A stretch of 64,000 nucleotides of DNA from Macrostomum lignano (Eukaryota): positions 62,001 to 126,000 of the forward strand of contig NIVC01000856.1 in the NCBI GenBank assembly GCA_002269645.1, read 5' to 3'. Each line of letters begins with the position of its first letter. Positions within the stretch are counted from its first letter, which is position 1. The translations under genes and the position numbers were made by a program. The notes beneath the pieces were generated by a model, which was not told the origin of the DNA, did no database searches, and saw only the letters and a list, made by a program, of their open reading frames with translations. This document shows positions 38,632 to 51,424 of the stretch, piece after piece.

Positions 38632-39753
38632 GGGTCTATGAAATTTGCTTGCGAGAAGTTTGCTTGCCGAAGTTTGCTTGCGGGACTTTTGCTTGCCGAA
38701 TTTTGCTTGCCGAAGTTTGCTTGCCAAAGTTTGCTTGCGGAATTTTGCTTGCCGAGGTTTGCTTGCCGAACTTTGCTTGCGGAATTTTGCTTGTCGAAGT
38801 TTGCTTGCTGAGCTTTGCTTGTCGAACTTTGCTTGCTGAAGTTTGCTTGCCGAATTTTGCTTGCAGGAAATTTGCTTGCTGCACATAAGCTTGCCGAAGT
38901 TTGCTTGCGGAATTTTGCCTGCCGAACTTTGCTTGCCGAATTTTGCTTTAATTTCGATTTTATAATAATTTGTATAATAATGTAACGCTCGTTACCTCCA
39001 CGGAACTTTGGGTTCTATTTTAGCTTTCGTTCCTTGGTGACAAGTACACTACTACTAGTACTCGTGCAAATCCGCTAGTCCAAGTTTGTTTACATTTTTA
39101 TACAATTAATATTAGTATATGCATTCATTAGCATCACTACAATTATCATCCTGCTCAGTGCTGAAATCAGGAACTAAAAAGATTTACACTATTACTGATC
39201 CCTAACTACCTATATTGAATCTCTAATCATTATACGAGTCGTATATACTAATTCTTAGAATGAAACTCTATACACCTAGTTTGAAAGCTTAGTATCAAGT
39301 CAGTTTATGTCGACGCTGATAAGAATCCACTTGCAAAGCAACTGTAGTATGTAATAATTGACTGACCAACTTCACAAGCCATCAAACAAGCAAGCAAGCA
39401 AACAAGAAAATAATTTGGCAAGTTAAAACCTTGCAATTGTGATTGCAAATTTTTAGGAAGCAGACATCAAAATTCCACAAGCAAACTTCGGCAAGCAAAA
39501 TTCCGCAAGCAAACTTTGGCAAGCAAAATTCCTGCAAGCAAATTTCCTGCAAGCAAAGTTCGGCAAGCAAAATTCTGCAAGCAAAGTTTGGCAAGCAAAC
39601 CTCGGCAAGCAAAATTCCGCAAGCAAACTTCGGCAAGCAAACTTCGGCAAGCAAAATTCCACAAGCAAAGTTAAGCAAGCAAAGTTCGACAAGCAAAATT
39701 CCTGCAAGCAAAGTTCGGCAAGCAAACTTCCCGCAAGCAAACGTCGTACTCCC
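38632..39753. mobile_element. Foldback-type non-autonomous DNA transposon (Merlin- or Mutator-like) with tandem-repeat arms
   Basis: The left arm (TTTGCTTGCCGAA)n is the inverse of the right arm (GCAAGCAAA)n. The ends GGGTCTATGAAATTTGCTTGCG and GGGAGTACGACGTTTGCTTGCG (rc) align without gaps. Perfect TSD ATTTTTGA at 38624-38631 and 39754-39761. Confidence 0.85.
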
Positions 39754-40511
39754 ATTTTTGAGCAGCTTGCTTACATACTAAAGGCAGTATAGACTAAAAC
39801 TAGCTGAGGCTCCCTTGTGCAAGAGGTCTAACAATAAGTAGAGTTCTAGATTCTTCTAAAAGACAAGAAAGATAAGACATCAAAAGATAAACATTAGGTC
39901 TGCCTCCTATTGTCCCAAAATGAAAGCTTCCTGTTTATAGTATATTTTTGGTAAAAAACCTGCCTTCTAGAGTTTTCTAAGAACTGAGGTTTCCCATCTT
40001 TCTATTTGAGAAGCTATAAATGATAGAGATAATAAAGTGTTCACAAGTTCTGGTCATTTTGTCAACCCTCTGAGGCCCTAGACAATAGTTTTTCATATGA
40101 ATGACAAATCTGTAAGTTGACAAAATATCTAGGAATGAGCCAATGTAGCCCATAGTCAGGAAGGTAGCCGTGTGGTATAGTGTCTACTGGAATATTTTTG
40201 GGATGATCTATATGCCACCTTTGTGCCAACAAAACTTTAATAAATAAATAACAAGAAAATATAATGAGTAAAACAGGAAGAAATCTATATAATATAAATT
40301 AAAATATATATTTAGAAAGCTAAAAGACAGACTTATATAAAACTATTCTATTAGCAAAATAAAATTTAGGAGGCTAGGCATATAGCCATGGATGTTGAAA
40401 AGTATCTATCTTGATCTAATGAACCATTTCTCTCTAAACAAAACTGCTAGTTACACAACTAGCCTCCCATGTGAGAAATAGTATTATTCAAATGCACACT
40501 GATTGGTCTAC

Positions 40512-40760
40512 ATCTAAATATACTAAATCTCTAAGGTTTGTATGTTTGTCCATAACGCTCTAGTTTTTTCTCCTTTTTCTCCCATATACTAAAAATGAGT
40601 TGTCTATAGCTATGCGATAGATTTCAGAAAAAATGGCTCAACCGATTTTCTTCAAACTTGCACCATTCGATCAGAAATTTTCCTGGGACAGTACATGCAT
40701 CTTGGCTAAGAAATTGCTCGATTCTAAAGAGATTAAATATTCGAAAAACATTCTTTTTTT
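40512..40760 (+). mobile_element. Possible 5' part of a non-autonomous Helitron-like element
   Basis: TCTAAATATACTAA...GTTTGTATGTTTGT...AATGGCTCAACCGATTTT...AAACTTG resembles, from memory, the heads of animal non-autonomous Helitrons. No 3' hairpin/CTAG was identified. Confidence 0.3.
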
Positions 40761-41049
40761 GCAAAGGTCAAGCCAAATTTTTGACTTGAAATGCATTGTA
40801 ATAATGCTAGATAAAAACCTGACTGACTGAATTTCAATTCTGATAAAGATTGCATCACAACAAGTTGAAAACAGTGCCAAAGAAATGCACACACAACTTG
40901 ATTGAAATTGCGTAACAATATTGCTAACTTAAATTGAGACTGATACAGGCTGACTGAGAAATTGATTATGTCATAACTTTTTACTCCAACCGACTTGCTG
41001 TAAGAATTGAATTATAAGGGCCACAATTCATGTTCTCCAATTGACAAGA

Positions 41050-41125
41050 GATAGCATAGATGCGAACAGACTGGACTGCTAATGCAGCGATCTGGGTTCG
41101 AATCTTAGTAGTGCAAAAAGATTTT
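41050..41125 (+). pseudogene. tRNA-Ser(GCT)-like relic or SINE head
   Basis: TGGACTGCTAATGCA anticodon arm and GGGTTCGAATC B-box followed by a T-run. No intact acceptor stem. Confidence 0.4.
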
Positions 41126-41169
41126 TTTATTAAAACACCTTAAAACACAAAATGCTAAACACAAAAAAG

Positions 41170-42830
41170 CACAATGTCAAACATTAAAGAGCCACCATGT
41201 CGAACATATACGTGACTCCATGTCTAACATTAAAGAGCCACCATGTTTAACATTAAAGAGCCACCATGTTTAACATTAAAGAGCCACCATGTCAAACATT
41301 AACGAGTCACCATGTCAAGTATATTCGTGACTCCATGTCAAACATAAAAGAGCCACCATGAAGAACATTAAAGAGCCACCATGTTGAACATTAAAAAGCC
41401 ACCACGTCAAACATTAAACAGCCACCATGTAAAACATAAAAGAGCCACCGTGTCAAACATAAAAGAGCTATCATGTCAAACATTAAAAAGCCACCTTGTC
41501 CAACATAAAAGAGCCACCATGTCGAACATTAAAAAGCCACCACGTCAAACATTAAAGAGCCACCATGTCAAACATAAAAGAGCCATCATGTCAAACATTA
41601 AAGAGCCACCTTGTCAAACATTAAAAAGCCACCATGTAAAACATAAAAGAGCCACCATGTCAGACATAAAAGAGCCACCATGTCAGACATAAAAGAGCCA
41701 CCATGTCAAACATATATGTGACTCAATGTCAAACAGTAAAGAGCCACCATGTCAAGCATAAAAGAGCCACCATGTCAAACATAAAAGAGCCATCATTACA
41801 GACATTAAGGTGGCACCAGGTCAAACATTAAAGAGCCACTATGTCTAACATTAACGAGTCACCATGTCAAGTATATTCGTGACTCCATGTCAAACATCAA
41901 AGAGCCATCATGCCAAACATTAAAGAGCCACCATGTCGAAAATAAAAAAGCCACCATGTAGAACATTAAAGAGCCATCATGTCATGCTTGGGCGCAACCT
42001 AGGGATTCACCCGGCCGTTTCTATTGGCAACACACACATGTAAGTCGCTATTGGACGGAATAGTAGTCACGTGACTGCTCTCAGCCACCATGAGCAGTAG
42101 AATGCCAATAGAAACGGCCGAGTGATTCCCAAGGTTGCGCATGTATGCATCATGTCAAACATAAAAGAGCCACCATGTCAAACATTAAAGAGCCACCATG
42201 TCAAACATAAAAGGACCAACATGTAAAACATTAAAGAGCCACCATGTCAAAAATTAAACAGCCACCATGTCTAACATTAAAGAGCCACCATGTCAAAAAT
42301 TAAACAGCCACCATGTCTAACATTAAAGAGCCACCATGTCGAACATTAAAGAGCCACCATGTCTAACATTATAGAGCCACCATGTCGAACATTTAAGAGC
42401 CACCATGTCAAACATTAAAGAGCCACCATGTCAAATATAAAAGAGCCACCATTTCAAACATTAAAGAGCCATCATTATATTAGGGTGCCACCAGGTCAAA
42501 CATTAAAGAGCCACCATGTCTAACATTAACGAGTCACCATGTCAAACATAAAAGAGCCACCACGTCAAACATTAAAGAGCCATCATGTCAAACATAAAAG
42601 AGCCACCATGTCAAACATAAAAGAGCCATCATGTCAAACATTAAAGAGCAACCATGTCAAACATAAAAGAGCCACCATGTCGAACATATATGTGGCTCCA
42701 TGTCAAACAGTAAAGAGCCACCATGTCAAGCATAAAAGAGCCACCATGTCAAACATTAAAGAGCCACTATGTCAAACATAAAAGAGCCACCATGTCAAAC
42801 ATTAAAGAGCCACCATGTCAAACATATGTG
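41170..42830. repeat. ~23-bp minisatellite (AAAGAGCCACCATGTCAAACATT)n
   Basis: Seen directly; interrupted by a MITE. Confidence 0.95.
41983..42147. mobile_element. hAT-type MITE, copy 2 (165 bp)
   Basis: Perfect 8-bp TSD CATCATGT (41975-41982 and 42148-42155); homologous to 13997-14176. Confidence 0.85.
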
Positions 42831-44344
42831 ATTACTTGAATGTATTTTGTTTTACCTCGTACTCATTACATTATTAATTTGTTGGTTATAAAACTTTGCA
42901 TCAATTTTGTCGTATTCTACTTTTTGATCTTGAAATTTTTAGCTCAAATTTGTTTAACTTTATATGGAACTACAAGCTACAATACACTAAGACCTGATCC
43001 CAATTCCCCAATCCCGATCCCAAGAAAAAAATTATTCCCGATCCCAATCCCACCCGAAGATTTCAATCCCATCCAACCTCTAATAACTAAATAATAAATA
43101 TTAATATTGGATAGATAAATAACTATACTAGTACATATGCAACTATTAGCTTACCTAGCCAATCTAGCCGATCTAAATTGTTATAGACCAAGGGTATACT
43201 GCAAAACTGATAACTTTTTTTAATAATTTGATGTTTAGAAAAATGGCAATGATTTAAAGGTTTTTTTACTTTGTTTTGGGTCACAACTGAGCTTAATTTA
43301 AGTCTTAAAGGCCATTTCAATGAAACAAATTGTTTGATAGAAATTTCGTTTTTATTTAGGACCTGCAAGTTAAGATATTTATAAACCAAGGCATTTGTCT
43401 TTGCTTATCTATAAATCTATTCTTTAATTATGTATCATTTTAGCTTGATATATAAACTCAACTTGAAGAAACAAAATGCCTAAAAAGTATGTGCTTAATA
43501 CTGACAGTAGCAATAACAACACATTTCCTAATTCCCATGCAACAGCAGAGCCAGGACGTAAGCATTTTTGTCAATTTGTTCACAGTCATAAAATAATTGT
43601 AAAGCTATAAATAAGCACAGTTAATGCAAATTATTCAAATGAATTATTTTAGAACCACCTGCATCTGTGTTTACCATTTCTGATGGCGAAATAGCAGGCT
43701 ATCACATCAATAAAGACCCATTCCCTCTTGCCTCTATTGAGCTTCAGACTGGTGAGCATTTGAAAAAATTGTATCTATATCCTGAGGGCCAACACCCAAG
43801 CCACAGAGAATGTACATGACATTAGACATTGTACATGACAATGTACATTAGAAAGTCCGGGCTGCTGTACACCCTGTGTGAGCGTGTGGTATGAGTGCGT
43901 GCCTTCGTACACTATTGGCGCTCTTGTATTTGCTCAGGAGTCAGCGGATGAGCAGAATTGCCTCAGCGCTGGTTGTGGGTTGATGCACCAGGGTGCCCGC
44001 CTGCCTGCCTGGCAGTAAACATTTAGCCAGCTAGTTAACGGCCTTGAAAACATTGGGGTTAGGGCCACAGACACTTGCTGCTAATGCTAATGCTTGAGAG
44101 CAGCACAAGCTACAGTCTATGGTCTTAACCTCGGGGGTTTTCGCGCTGGAAGCTGGAGTGGCTCATCTAGGAGTATATAGAATCTGTGGTTAGCACAGCA
44201 CAAGTGAGGATTTACCATAGTCGATAGAGCACCGACATCAGTCTTAGCCGACTTGAAATGCGTGAAGCGGAATTGCAATGAACCAATGGTATTTTGGCCA
44301 TAAACATTCTCAGCAGGCTGGCTGACTGTCACAAAATACCTGAA

Positions 44345-47300
44345 ATGTCCCTAATTCGTCCCAATCCTTCCATTCTCTATTCGGAAGCGAATTCCTCCGA
44401 AGGAGCCGACGATGACGACGACAGCGAAGACGACGAAGAAGAAGAAGAGGAAGAGGAAGAGAAGTCCACGTGGAACGGCCGATTCGAATTCGTGCTATCA
44501 GTGCTTGGCTATAACATTGGGCTGGGCAATCTGCTGCGGTTTCCCTACCTGTGCATGAAGAATGGCGGCGGTGAGCTTTGAATTCTATCAGTTTACATGA
44601 CTGATTATTGAACAGCAGAGCTGCTCTGGGGCAAACGATTCGATTCTGTGCTCAGTCATTCAGGGTCAGCCCCCAAGGCACAGACAAAGTGTACAAGTGT
44701 ACATGTCTGAAAATTAGAAAGTCAGGTCCGCTGTACACCCTGTGTGAGCGTAATATCCCCTATATTCTTGAATTCACGGTATATCCCTATTCGAAATTCC
44801 GCAGGCGCATTTCTGCTTCCGTACTTTCTGTTTCTCATCGTGCTAGCCGTGCCGCTGTACGTTCTGGAGATGTCGGTAGCCCAGTACAGCGGCATGACGC
44901 CTATCAGACTGTTTGGCAATATCGCCCCAGTATTTAAAGGCATCGGCTGGTCCAATGTTATTACCTGCTTCGTTCTTAATATCTACTACAGCGTTGTGAT
45001 TGGCTGGATTCTGTTCTACCTGGTTAATAGCTTCTACGTACCGCTGCTCTGGTCCAGCTGTAAAAATCAATGGAAAGATGCCAACTGCTTTGAGGTGAAC
45101 CGCACCGCGCCTAGGCCTGAATATGTGACCAACTGCTCCGAGTACCAGCTGTTCGATAGGGCCCGGAAAACTGTCACTGAGACTTTCTACGAGTGAGAAT
45201 GTCTGGGGGGACAGCTTTCATTGCTGCTTTTATGCACTTCAATTTGTGTAGTGTACATACCTCTGATCTCATCTCTATGTGATGTATTGTCTCTGATCTC
45301 ATCTCTACGTCATCTCTTGTCTCTGATCTCATCTCTATGTAATGTATTGTCTCTGGTCTCATCTCTATGTGATGTATTGTCTCTGGTCTCATCTCTATGT
45401 GATGTATTGTCTCTGGTCTCATCTCTATGTGATGTATTGTCTCTGGTCTCATCACTATGTGATGTATTGTCTCTGATCTCATCTCTATGTGATGTATTGT
45501 CTCTGGTCTCATCACTATGTGATGTATTGTCTCTTATCTCATCTCTATGTGATGTATTGTCTCTGATCTCATCACTATGTGTTGTATTGTCTCTGATCTC
45601 ATCTCTATGTGATGTATTGTCTCTGATCTCATCACTATGTGTTGTATTGTCTCTGATCTCATCTCTATGTGATATATTGTCTCTGGTTTCATCTCTATGT
45701 GATGTATTGTCTCTGGCCTCATCTCTATGTGATGTATTGTCTCTGATCTCATCTCTATGTGATTTATTGTCTCTGATCTCATCTCTACGTCATCTCTTGT
45801 CTCTGATCTCATCTCTATGTGATGTATTGTCTCTGATCTCATCTTCTATACCTTCTAGACCTACTACAACGCAGGTATGCACTCTTCGAAACTCGCCCGC
45901 AGAAAGTACATGCTGGACATATCTAGCGGCGTGGAACAATGGGGCGGCATACGCTGGCAAGTGTTTGTCACCCTGTTGGCCGCTTGGATCATTATCTACC
46001 TGTGCGTGTTCCGCGGCATTCACTCATTTGGAAAGGTAAGTTTCAATTTTGTCTATGGCTAATCTCGACTATCTACTCCCAAACTATAGATTTTGCAATG
46101 CTCTAAATGCTAGACTACGGACAGCAGAGGTGAAAGCCTAGGCTGTATACAGGGGTAGGCAAACTCCGGCCCGCTCAAGATTTGTGTCTCTTCTCTCAGC
46201 TCTCTTCGATCTCTAATCTCCTCTCTCCTCTCTTTTTCTCTTCTCTTCTCTTCTCTCCTCTTTTTCTCTTCTTTTCTCTCCTCTCTTCTTGCTTCTCTTC
46301 TCTTCTCTCTTCTCTCCTCTCCCTTTCCTCTCTTCTTGTCTCCTCTTCTCTTCTCTCTTCTCTCCTCTCATTTCCTTTCCTCTCTTCTTGTCTCTCTTCT
46401 CTCCTCTTCTCTTCTCGACTTCTCTCCCCTCCGTTCTCCTATTTCATCCATCCTCTCCTCTCGTCTCTTCTCCTTTATTTCCTCACCTATGCTTGTCCTA
46501 TTTCTCTTCTCTTCTCTATTCCCTCTCCTTTTTCTCCCCATCCTCTGGCCTGCAGTCTGCTCTAGGCTCTTTCTATCTGGCCCTTAACCTTTTCGCGCCG
46601 GAGCTAGAAATACAAAAGCTCCGTTCCTGCCGACATGGTCAGCTGGGCTGGCCATAGACTACAGCTAGAATCTTAATTGCGCCGCTGTGCAAAGCCCTTC
46701 TAGCCGAGAATGGAGCATTTTATACTTGGCTTGGACAAATCTAGGGTCGAAAAAAGCAGTTTCAAAGTGCATTTCACTTAATGCTCTCTGAATAGATTAT
46801 GCAGTGTGTACACTCGATGTCTAGCAATAGCCACTACAGTTCACTTTAAAATCTGCAAACAGGCCTTTCTGAAAGAGAAAGCACTGCACCTCCTTAATAC
46901 GAGTCGTGCATCATTTTATTGAAAATTCAATCAGCTACAACCATAGACATTTTGCATGCATCGGATTCTGAGACGATAAATAGGACTTTTTCACCATTTT
47001 TCGTATGAACAGCGCTGCTGACCATGCTCGGCAGGAACGGCTACTGTGCAAACTTTTCTTTTACCATAGACTCCAAAAAATACCAGCAGTAAAGGCTGTT
47101 GGTCCATGGTCAGCTTTGCTGACCATCCGGCAGCTGAAAGTTAAGGTAAAAAGTTTGCCGACCCCTGCTGTGTAGCCTCGTAGGTTGGGCCATAGACAAC
47201 GCGCAGTAACATGCAATACTATATACGAGCGTATTTACTACATTACTACATTTATCTCCGTTGCTACGGGTAAAGTTTGTGTTCTAAAACATCACGAATC

Positions 47301-50300
47301 TTGCATTAAAAATGAATCGTTAATGAATTGTTTGAATTGGCAAAGTCGAGTCCGGCTGATACCGGCGGTAACAATGTCCATTCTCAGCGACAGCAGTCCT
47401 ATTATTCGTTCTCTCCGTATATATCAGTGAGTTCTCTGAGCAGCGGGTCTGTGGCGACCAGTGCTTCAATACAAAACCTTCATGCAGCATGGACAATCCC
47501 ATATTTGACTCGAATGTTCACCTTTCTTGAAATTCGTGTAGTTTTATAATGTCATAATGTGTCTGTTTTTTGTCCTACCCAGTTTACAGTTTCTCAGCTT
47601 TTACGTAGTTCCTCGTTAATAATCAATAATCAGCGGACACCCCGGCTTCCATCTTATCAATAACCAGCGGACACCCCGCCTTCCATCTTATCAATAACCA
47701 ATGGACACCCCGCCTTCCATCTTATCAGTAATCAGCGGACACCCCGCCTTCCATCTTATCAATAATCAATGGACACCCCGCCTTCCATCTTATCAATAAT
47801 CAATGGACACCCCGCCTTCCATCTTATCAATAATCAATGGACACCCCGCCTTCCATCTTATCAATAATCAATGGACACCCCGCCTTCCATCTTATCAATA
47901 ATCAATGGACACCCCGCCTTCCATCTTATCAATAATCAATGGACACCCCGCCTTCCATCTTATCAATAATCAATGGACACCCCGCCTTCCATCTTATCAA
48001 TAATCAGCGGACACCCCGCCTTCCATCTTATCAGTAATCAGCGGACACCCCGCCTTCCATCTTATCAATAATCAGCGGACACCCCGCCTTCCATCTTATC
48101 AGTAATCAGCGCACACCGCAACCCTTAGTGGACACTACTCTAACCATCAGCGGCAACCCCATTGCTCTTATTCAGATCAATCTAATAGAACTAAGCACTA
48201 ACAAACTTACTCCCCACTAAACACAATGGCCAGGTTGTGTACCTCACCGTGCTGTTTCCCTACGTGGCGCTCACCACCCTGCTGATCCGAGGCGTGCTTT
48301 TGCCGGGCAGCCGGGAGGGCATTCTGTACTATCTCACGCCCGACTGGCCAAGGCTGGCCACCCTGACGCCTTGGATTGACGCGGCCCAGCAGATCTTCTG
48401 GAGCCTCGGGCCAACCTGGGGCGCGCTGATCATGCTGGCCAGTCACAATCGGTTCTCTAACAATATTTATCGGGACGCTATTCTCACGCCCATTGTCTGC
48501 TCCATGACGGCATTCCTTGGCGGCTTCGTCATATTCTCCTATTTAGGCAACATGGCCTGGAAACTGAACACTGGCATTGACTGCATCTTCAAGTCCGGGC
48601 CAACTATGGCTTTTATTGTCTATCCGGATGCTGTGCTGAACCTGCCGTTTCCGCAGATCTGGTCTGTGATTTTCTTCATCCTAATACTCACGCTCGCCGT
48701 TGACAGTGAGGTGAGTGAGAACAAAGACTTGCTTGGAAAGCGGGATCATACAGAACAAAGACTTGCTTGGGAAGCGGGATCACACAGAACAAAGACTTGC
48801 TTGGGAAGCGGGATCTTGCAAAATAAAGACTTGCTTGGAAACCGGCTAATTTTAAACAAAGACTACATGTACTTGAAGAATCAGTTGGATAAAGATTGAG
48901 TTGACAAATTTGAATAACAAAGACTTTTCTTGAGGATATTATGGATAAAGAACAAAGGCTAACTTATTAGGATTAAGATCAAGATTGTGAAAGAATGACT
49001 AGCTCTCGGTAACTAGTCTATCATAAACGAAGACCCATCGAACTGTTTCGAACTTAACAACGCCCTCCCCCGCCGCTGTCGCCAGTTCTGCACATTCGAA
49101 ACTATGTACCAGTGCCTGGCCGACGAATTTCGCATATTGAAACGACGCCAATGGCTATCCAAGCTAATTATGACAATTGTATCACTACTGCTAGGCCTGC
49201 CTATGACTACTAATGTAAGTAGCGTGCTGCAGTTTTGAATTGGCAAGATAATTAATTGCTTTAGTTTGATTCTTATTGACCGCACTCGATATGATTTCAT
49301 GCTCGCAGGCGGCGCACTATATCTATCAGCTGATGGACTGGTACCACGTGACCCTGCTGTCCTTTGTGGCTCTGGTAGAGGTCATCTGCCTTGCCTACGT
49401 TTATGGTAATTTAAATTTCAGCTTTGTTTAACTTGAATTCATCAGCTTAAATTAAAATTTATTACTGTTTATTTTGTACAGGTAGTCAAAGGATTCGCAA
49501 AGACGTTGAAGTGATGACTGGCATTAAAATGACAAAGGCGTGGGACTTTTACTGGCGCATACCGCTGCTGGCTATTCTGGCTGTGAGATTTTTAGAATTC
49601 TATTTTTTATGGCTTTTCTTATTTGCCTACTTATAGTAGAAATATTGTATTCAACACTGTATCTTTATTTTGTGCTACTCATTTTTTGTCAAGAATGAGT
49701 AGTATCATCAGGAAAATTTGTTTTAAAAATTTGAAAAAAATGCTTTGCATTGTAAATCCAGGGCCTGTTGATTATGACTTTGGTCAGTCATGAGGCACCA
49801 ACTTACGGCAATTACCAATATCCGCCCGGAGCCATTGTGTTCGGCTGGGTCCTGGCTGCCACCGTGGTCATTCCGCTGCCTGTCTTTGCTATTCATAGCC
49901 TGTTACAGCAGGCCTATTGTCCACCCGTCAAGTACAACAGCAAAACCGAGGTTTGTGACCGTTTGTGTATACTTGTTGCCATTGTTCCGGAAAGGGGGAC
50001 AATTGATGAGGCTTGAATTCCTGTTTCTGTCATCACCTTCCCAGATCCTGAGTTGCTGGGCCAGCCTCCCAGACCCTCAGTTGCTGGGCCAGCCTCCAAG
50101 ATCCCCAGTTACTGGGCCAGCCTCCCAGATCCTCAGTTGCTGGGCCAGCCTCCCAGATCCCCAGTTGCTGGGCCAGCCTCCCAGATCCTCAGTTGCTGGG
50201 CCAGCCTCCCAGATCCTCAGTTGCTGGGCCAGCCTCCCAGAGCCTCAGTTGCTGGGCCAGCCTCCAAGATCCCCAGTTGCTGGGCCAGCCTCCAAGATCC

Positions 50301-50709
50301 CCAGTTGCTGGGCCAGCCTCCCAGAGCCTCAGTTCCTGTACCAGCCTCCCAGAGCCTCAGTTCCTGTACCAGCCTCCCAGATCCTCAGCTGCTGGGCCAG
50401 CCTCCCAGTGCCTCAGTTGCTGGGCCAGCCTCCCAGACCCTCAGTTGCTGGGCCAGCCTCCAAGATCCCCAGTTGCTGGGCCAGCCTCCCAGATCCTCAG
50501 TTGCTGGGCCAGCCTCCCAGAGCCTCAGTTCCTGTACCAGCCTCCCAGAGCCTCAGTTGCTGGGCCAGCCTCCCAGAGCCTCAGTTTCTAGGCCAAGAAC
50601 AGACAGCAGCCAAACCGCACCTGAATTGCAGGCGATGCGGACGCTGGTGACGCAGACAGAAGAATGGTACATCAGGATCCGCATCAACTCGGACGGACTG
50701 GTGAAATAG
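44345..50709 (+). CDS. SLC6 sodium:neurotransmitter symporter, amino-acid (glycine-transporter-like) type, 605 aa, 9 exons
   Basis: Exons 44345-44570, 44805-45192, 45903-46035, 48234-48710, 49086-49214, 49309-49405, 49482-49582, 49762-49950 and 50632-50709 total 1818 nt in frame, all GT-AG. Motifs [34 protein letters not shown] and [10 protein letters not shown]. Confidence 0.9.
45260..45845. repeat. 30-bp minisatellite (TGATGTATTGTCTCTGATCTCATCTCTATG)n in SLC6 intron 2
   Basis: Seen directly. Confidence 0.95.
46150..47167. mobile_element. Non-autonomous hAT (Charlie-like) element in SLC6 intron 3, carrying a CT-rich tract
   Basis: TIRs CAGGGGTAGGCAAAC and GTTTGCCGACCCCTG. The flanks GCTGTATA and GCTGTGTA form an imperfect TSD overlapping the end by 1 nt. 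Confidence 0.7.
47630..48115. repeat. ~34-bp minisatellite (GGACACCCCGCCTTCCATCTTATCAATAATCAAT)n
   Basis: Seen directly, in SLC6 intron 3. Confidence 0.95.
50040..50590. repeat. 28-bp minisatellite (GGGCCAGCCTCCCAGATCCTCAGTTGCT)n in the last SLC6 intron
   Basis: Seen directly. Confidence 0.95.
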
Positions 50710-51424
50710 TCCGGGCGGAAATGGACTGTGCTGACTAATCTGCTTTGCCGCTGTATTTGATTGCTCTCCACAGGCAGAAGAAAGTCAACAGTTTGGTAAT
50801 CTCATTTTTATGCGTTTTAATTCGAACAATTTTCTTTGCTAACTACCTTTCGGCTTGCTATAAGTGGCTTTATGCTCCTAGAGTAACATTAACGTTTTTT
50901 ATTACCAAAAATTTGTAGCTATTTATTTGCAAACTGTTTTAAGGTATACTAACTTCTGTGACTACTAATAATAATCAGCAGTTTGTGCTGCAGAATTTTC
51001 AGACTAATTTTTGTAAAGTCACTTATTCGTAAGCTGTCTGCAGCTAAGTTTGGTTATTCTATTCTCAAATTGTTTGAGTTCTTTTTGAATTTGTGCCACT
51101 ATTTACATTAGTAACCTTTGAGTCGCACTTTTGCATTGTTTTTTTAAGATAATTCCTCATTCCAGGGGTGGGACATTATATCTTCATTATTTGTTTACTT
51201 CTACTTTACACTTTTTTGCGAACCATAGAAACTATTAATATGGCTTAATTTTGTCTTTTCTCTTAACGATCCATTTTTGTGGTAAATGTCCATGTAAATT
51301 CCTGCGACTGGCTGCTCACGCAATCAGATATCTGTGTTAGATATTTGCTATTTTAATTTTCATCTATAGTTTAACCTGATGAAACTGGCTTTCCTATCAA
51401 CTGTAATTACTCTTCTGACCAGCT

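Noticed and set aside
43476-44344. The upstream spliced fragment as an alternative SLC6 5' end
   Set aside because: The available acceptors at 44313 and 44316 are phase 2, while the fragment ends in phase 1.
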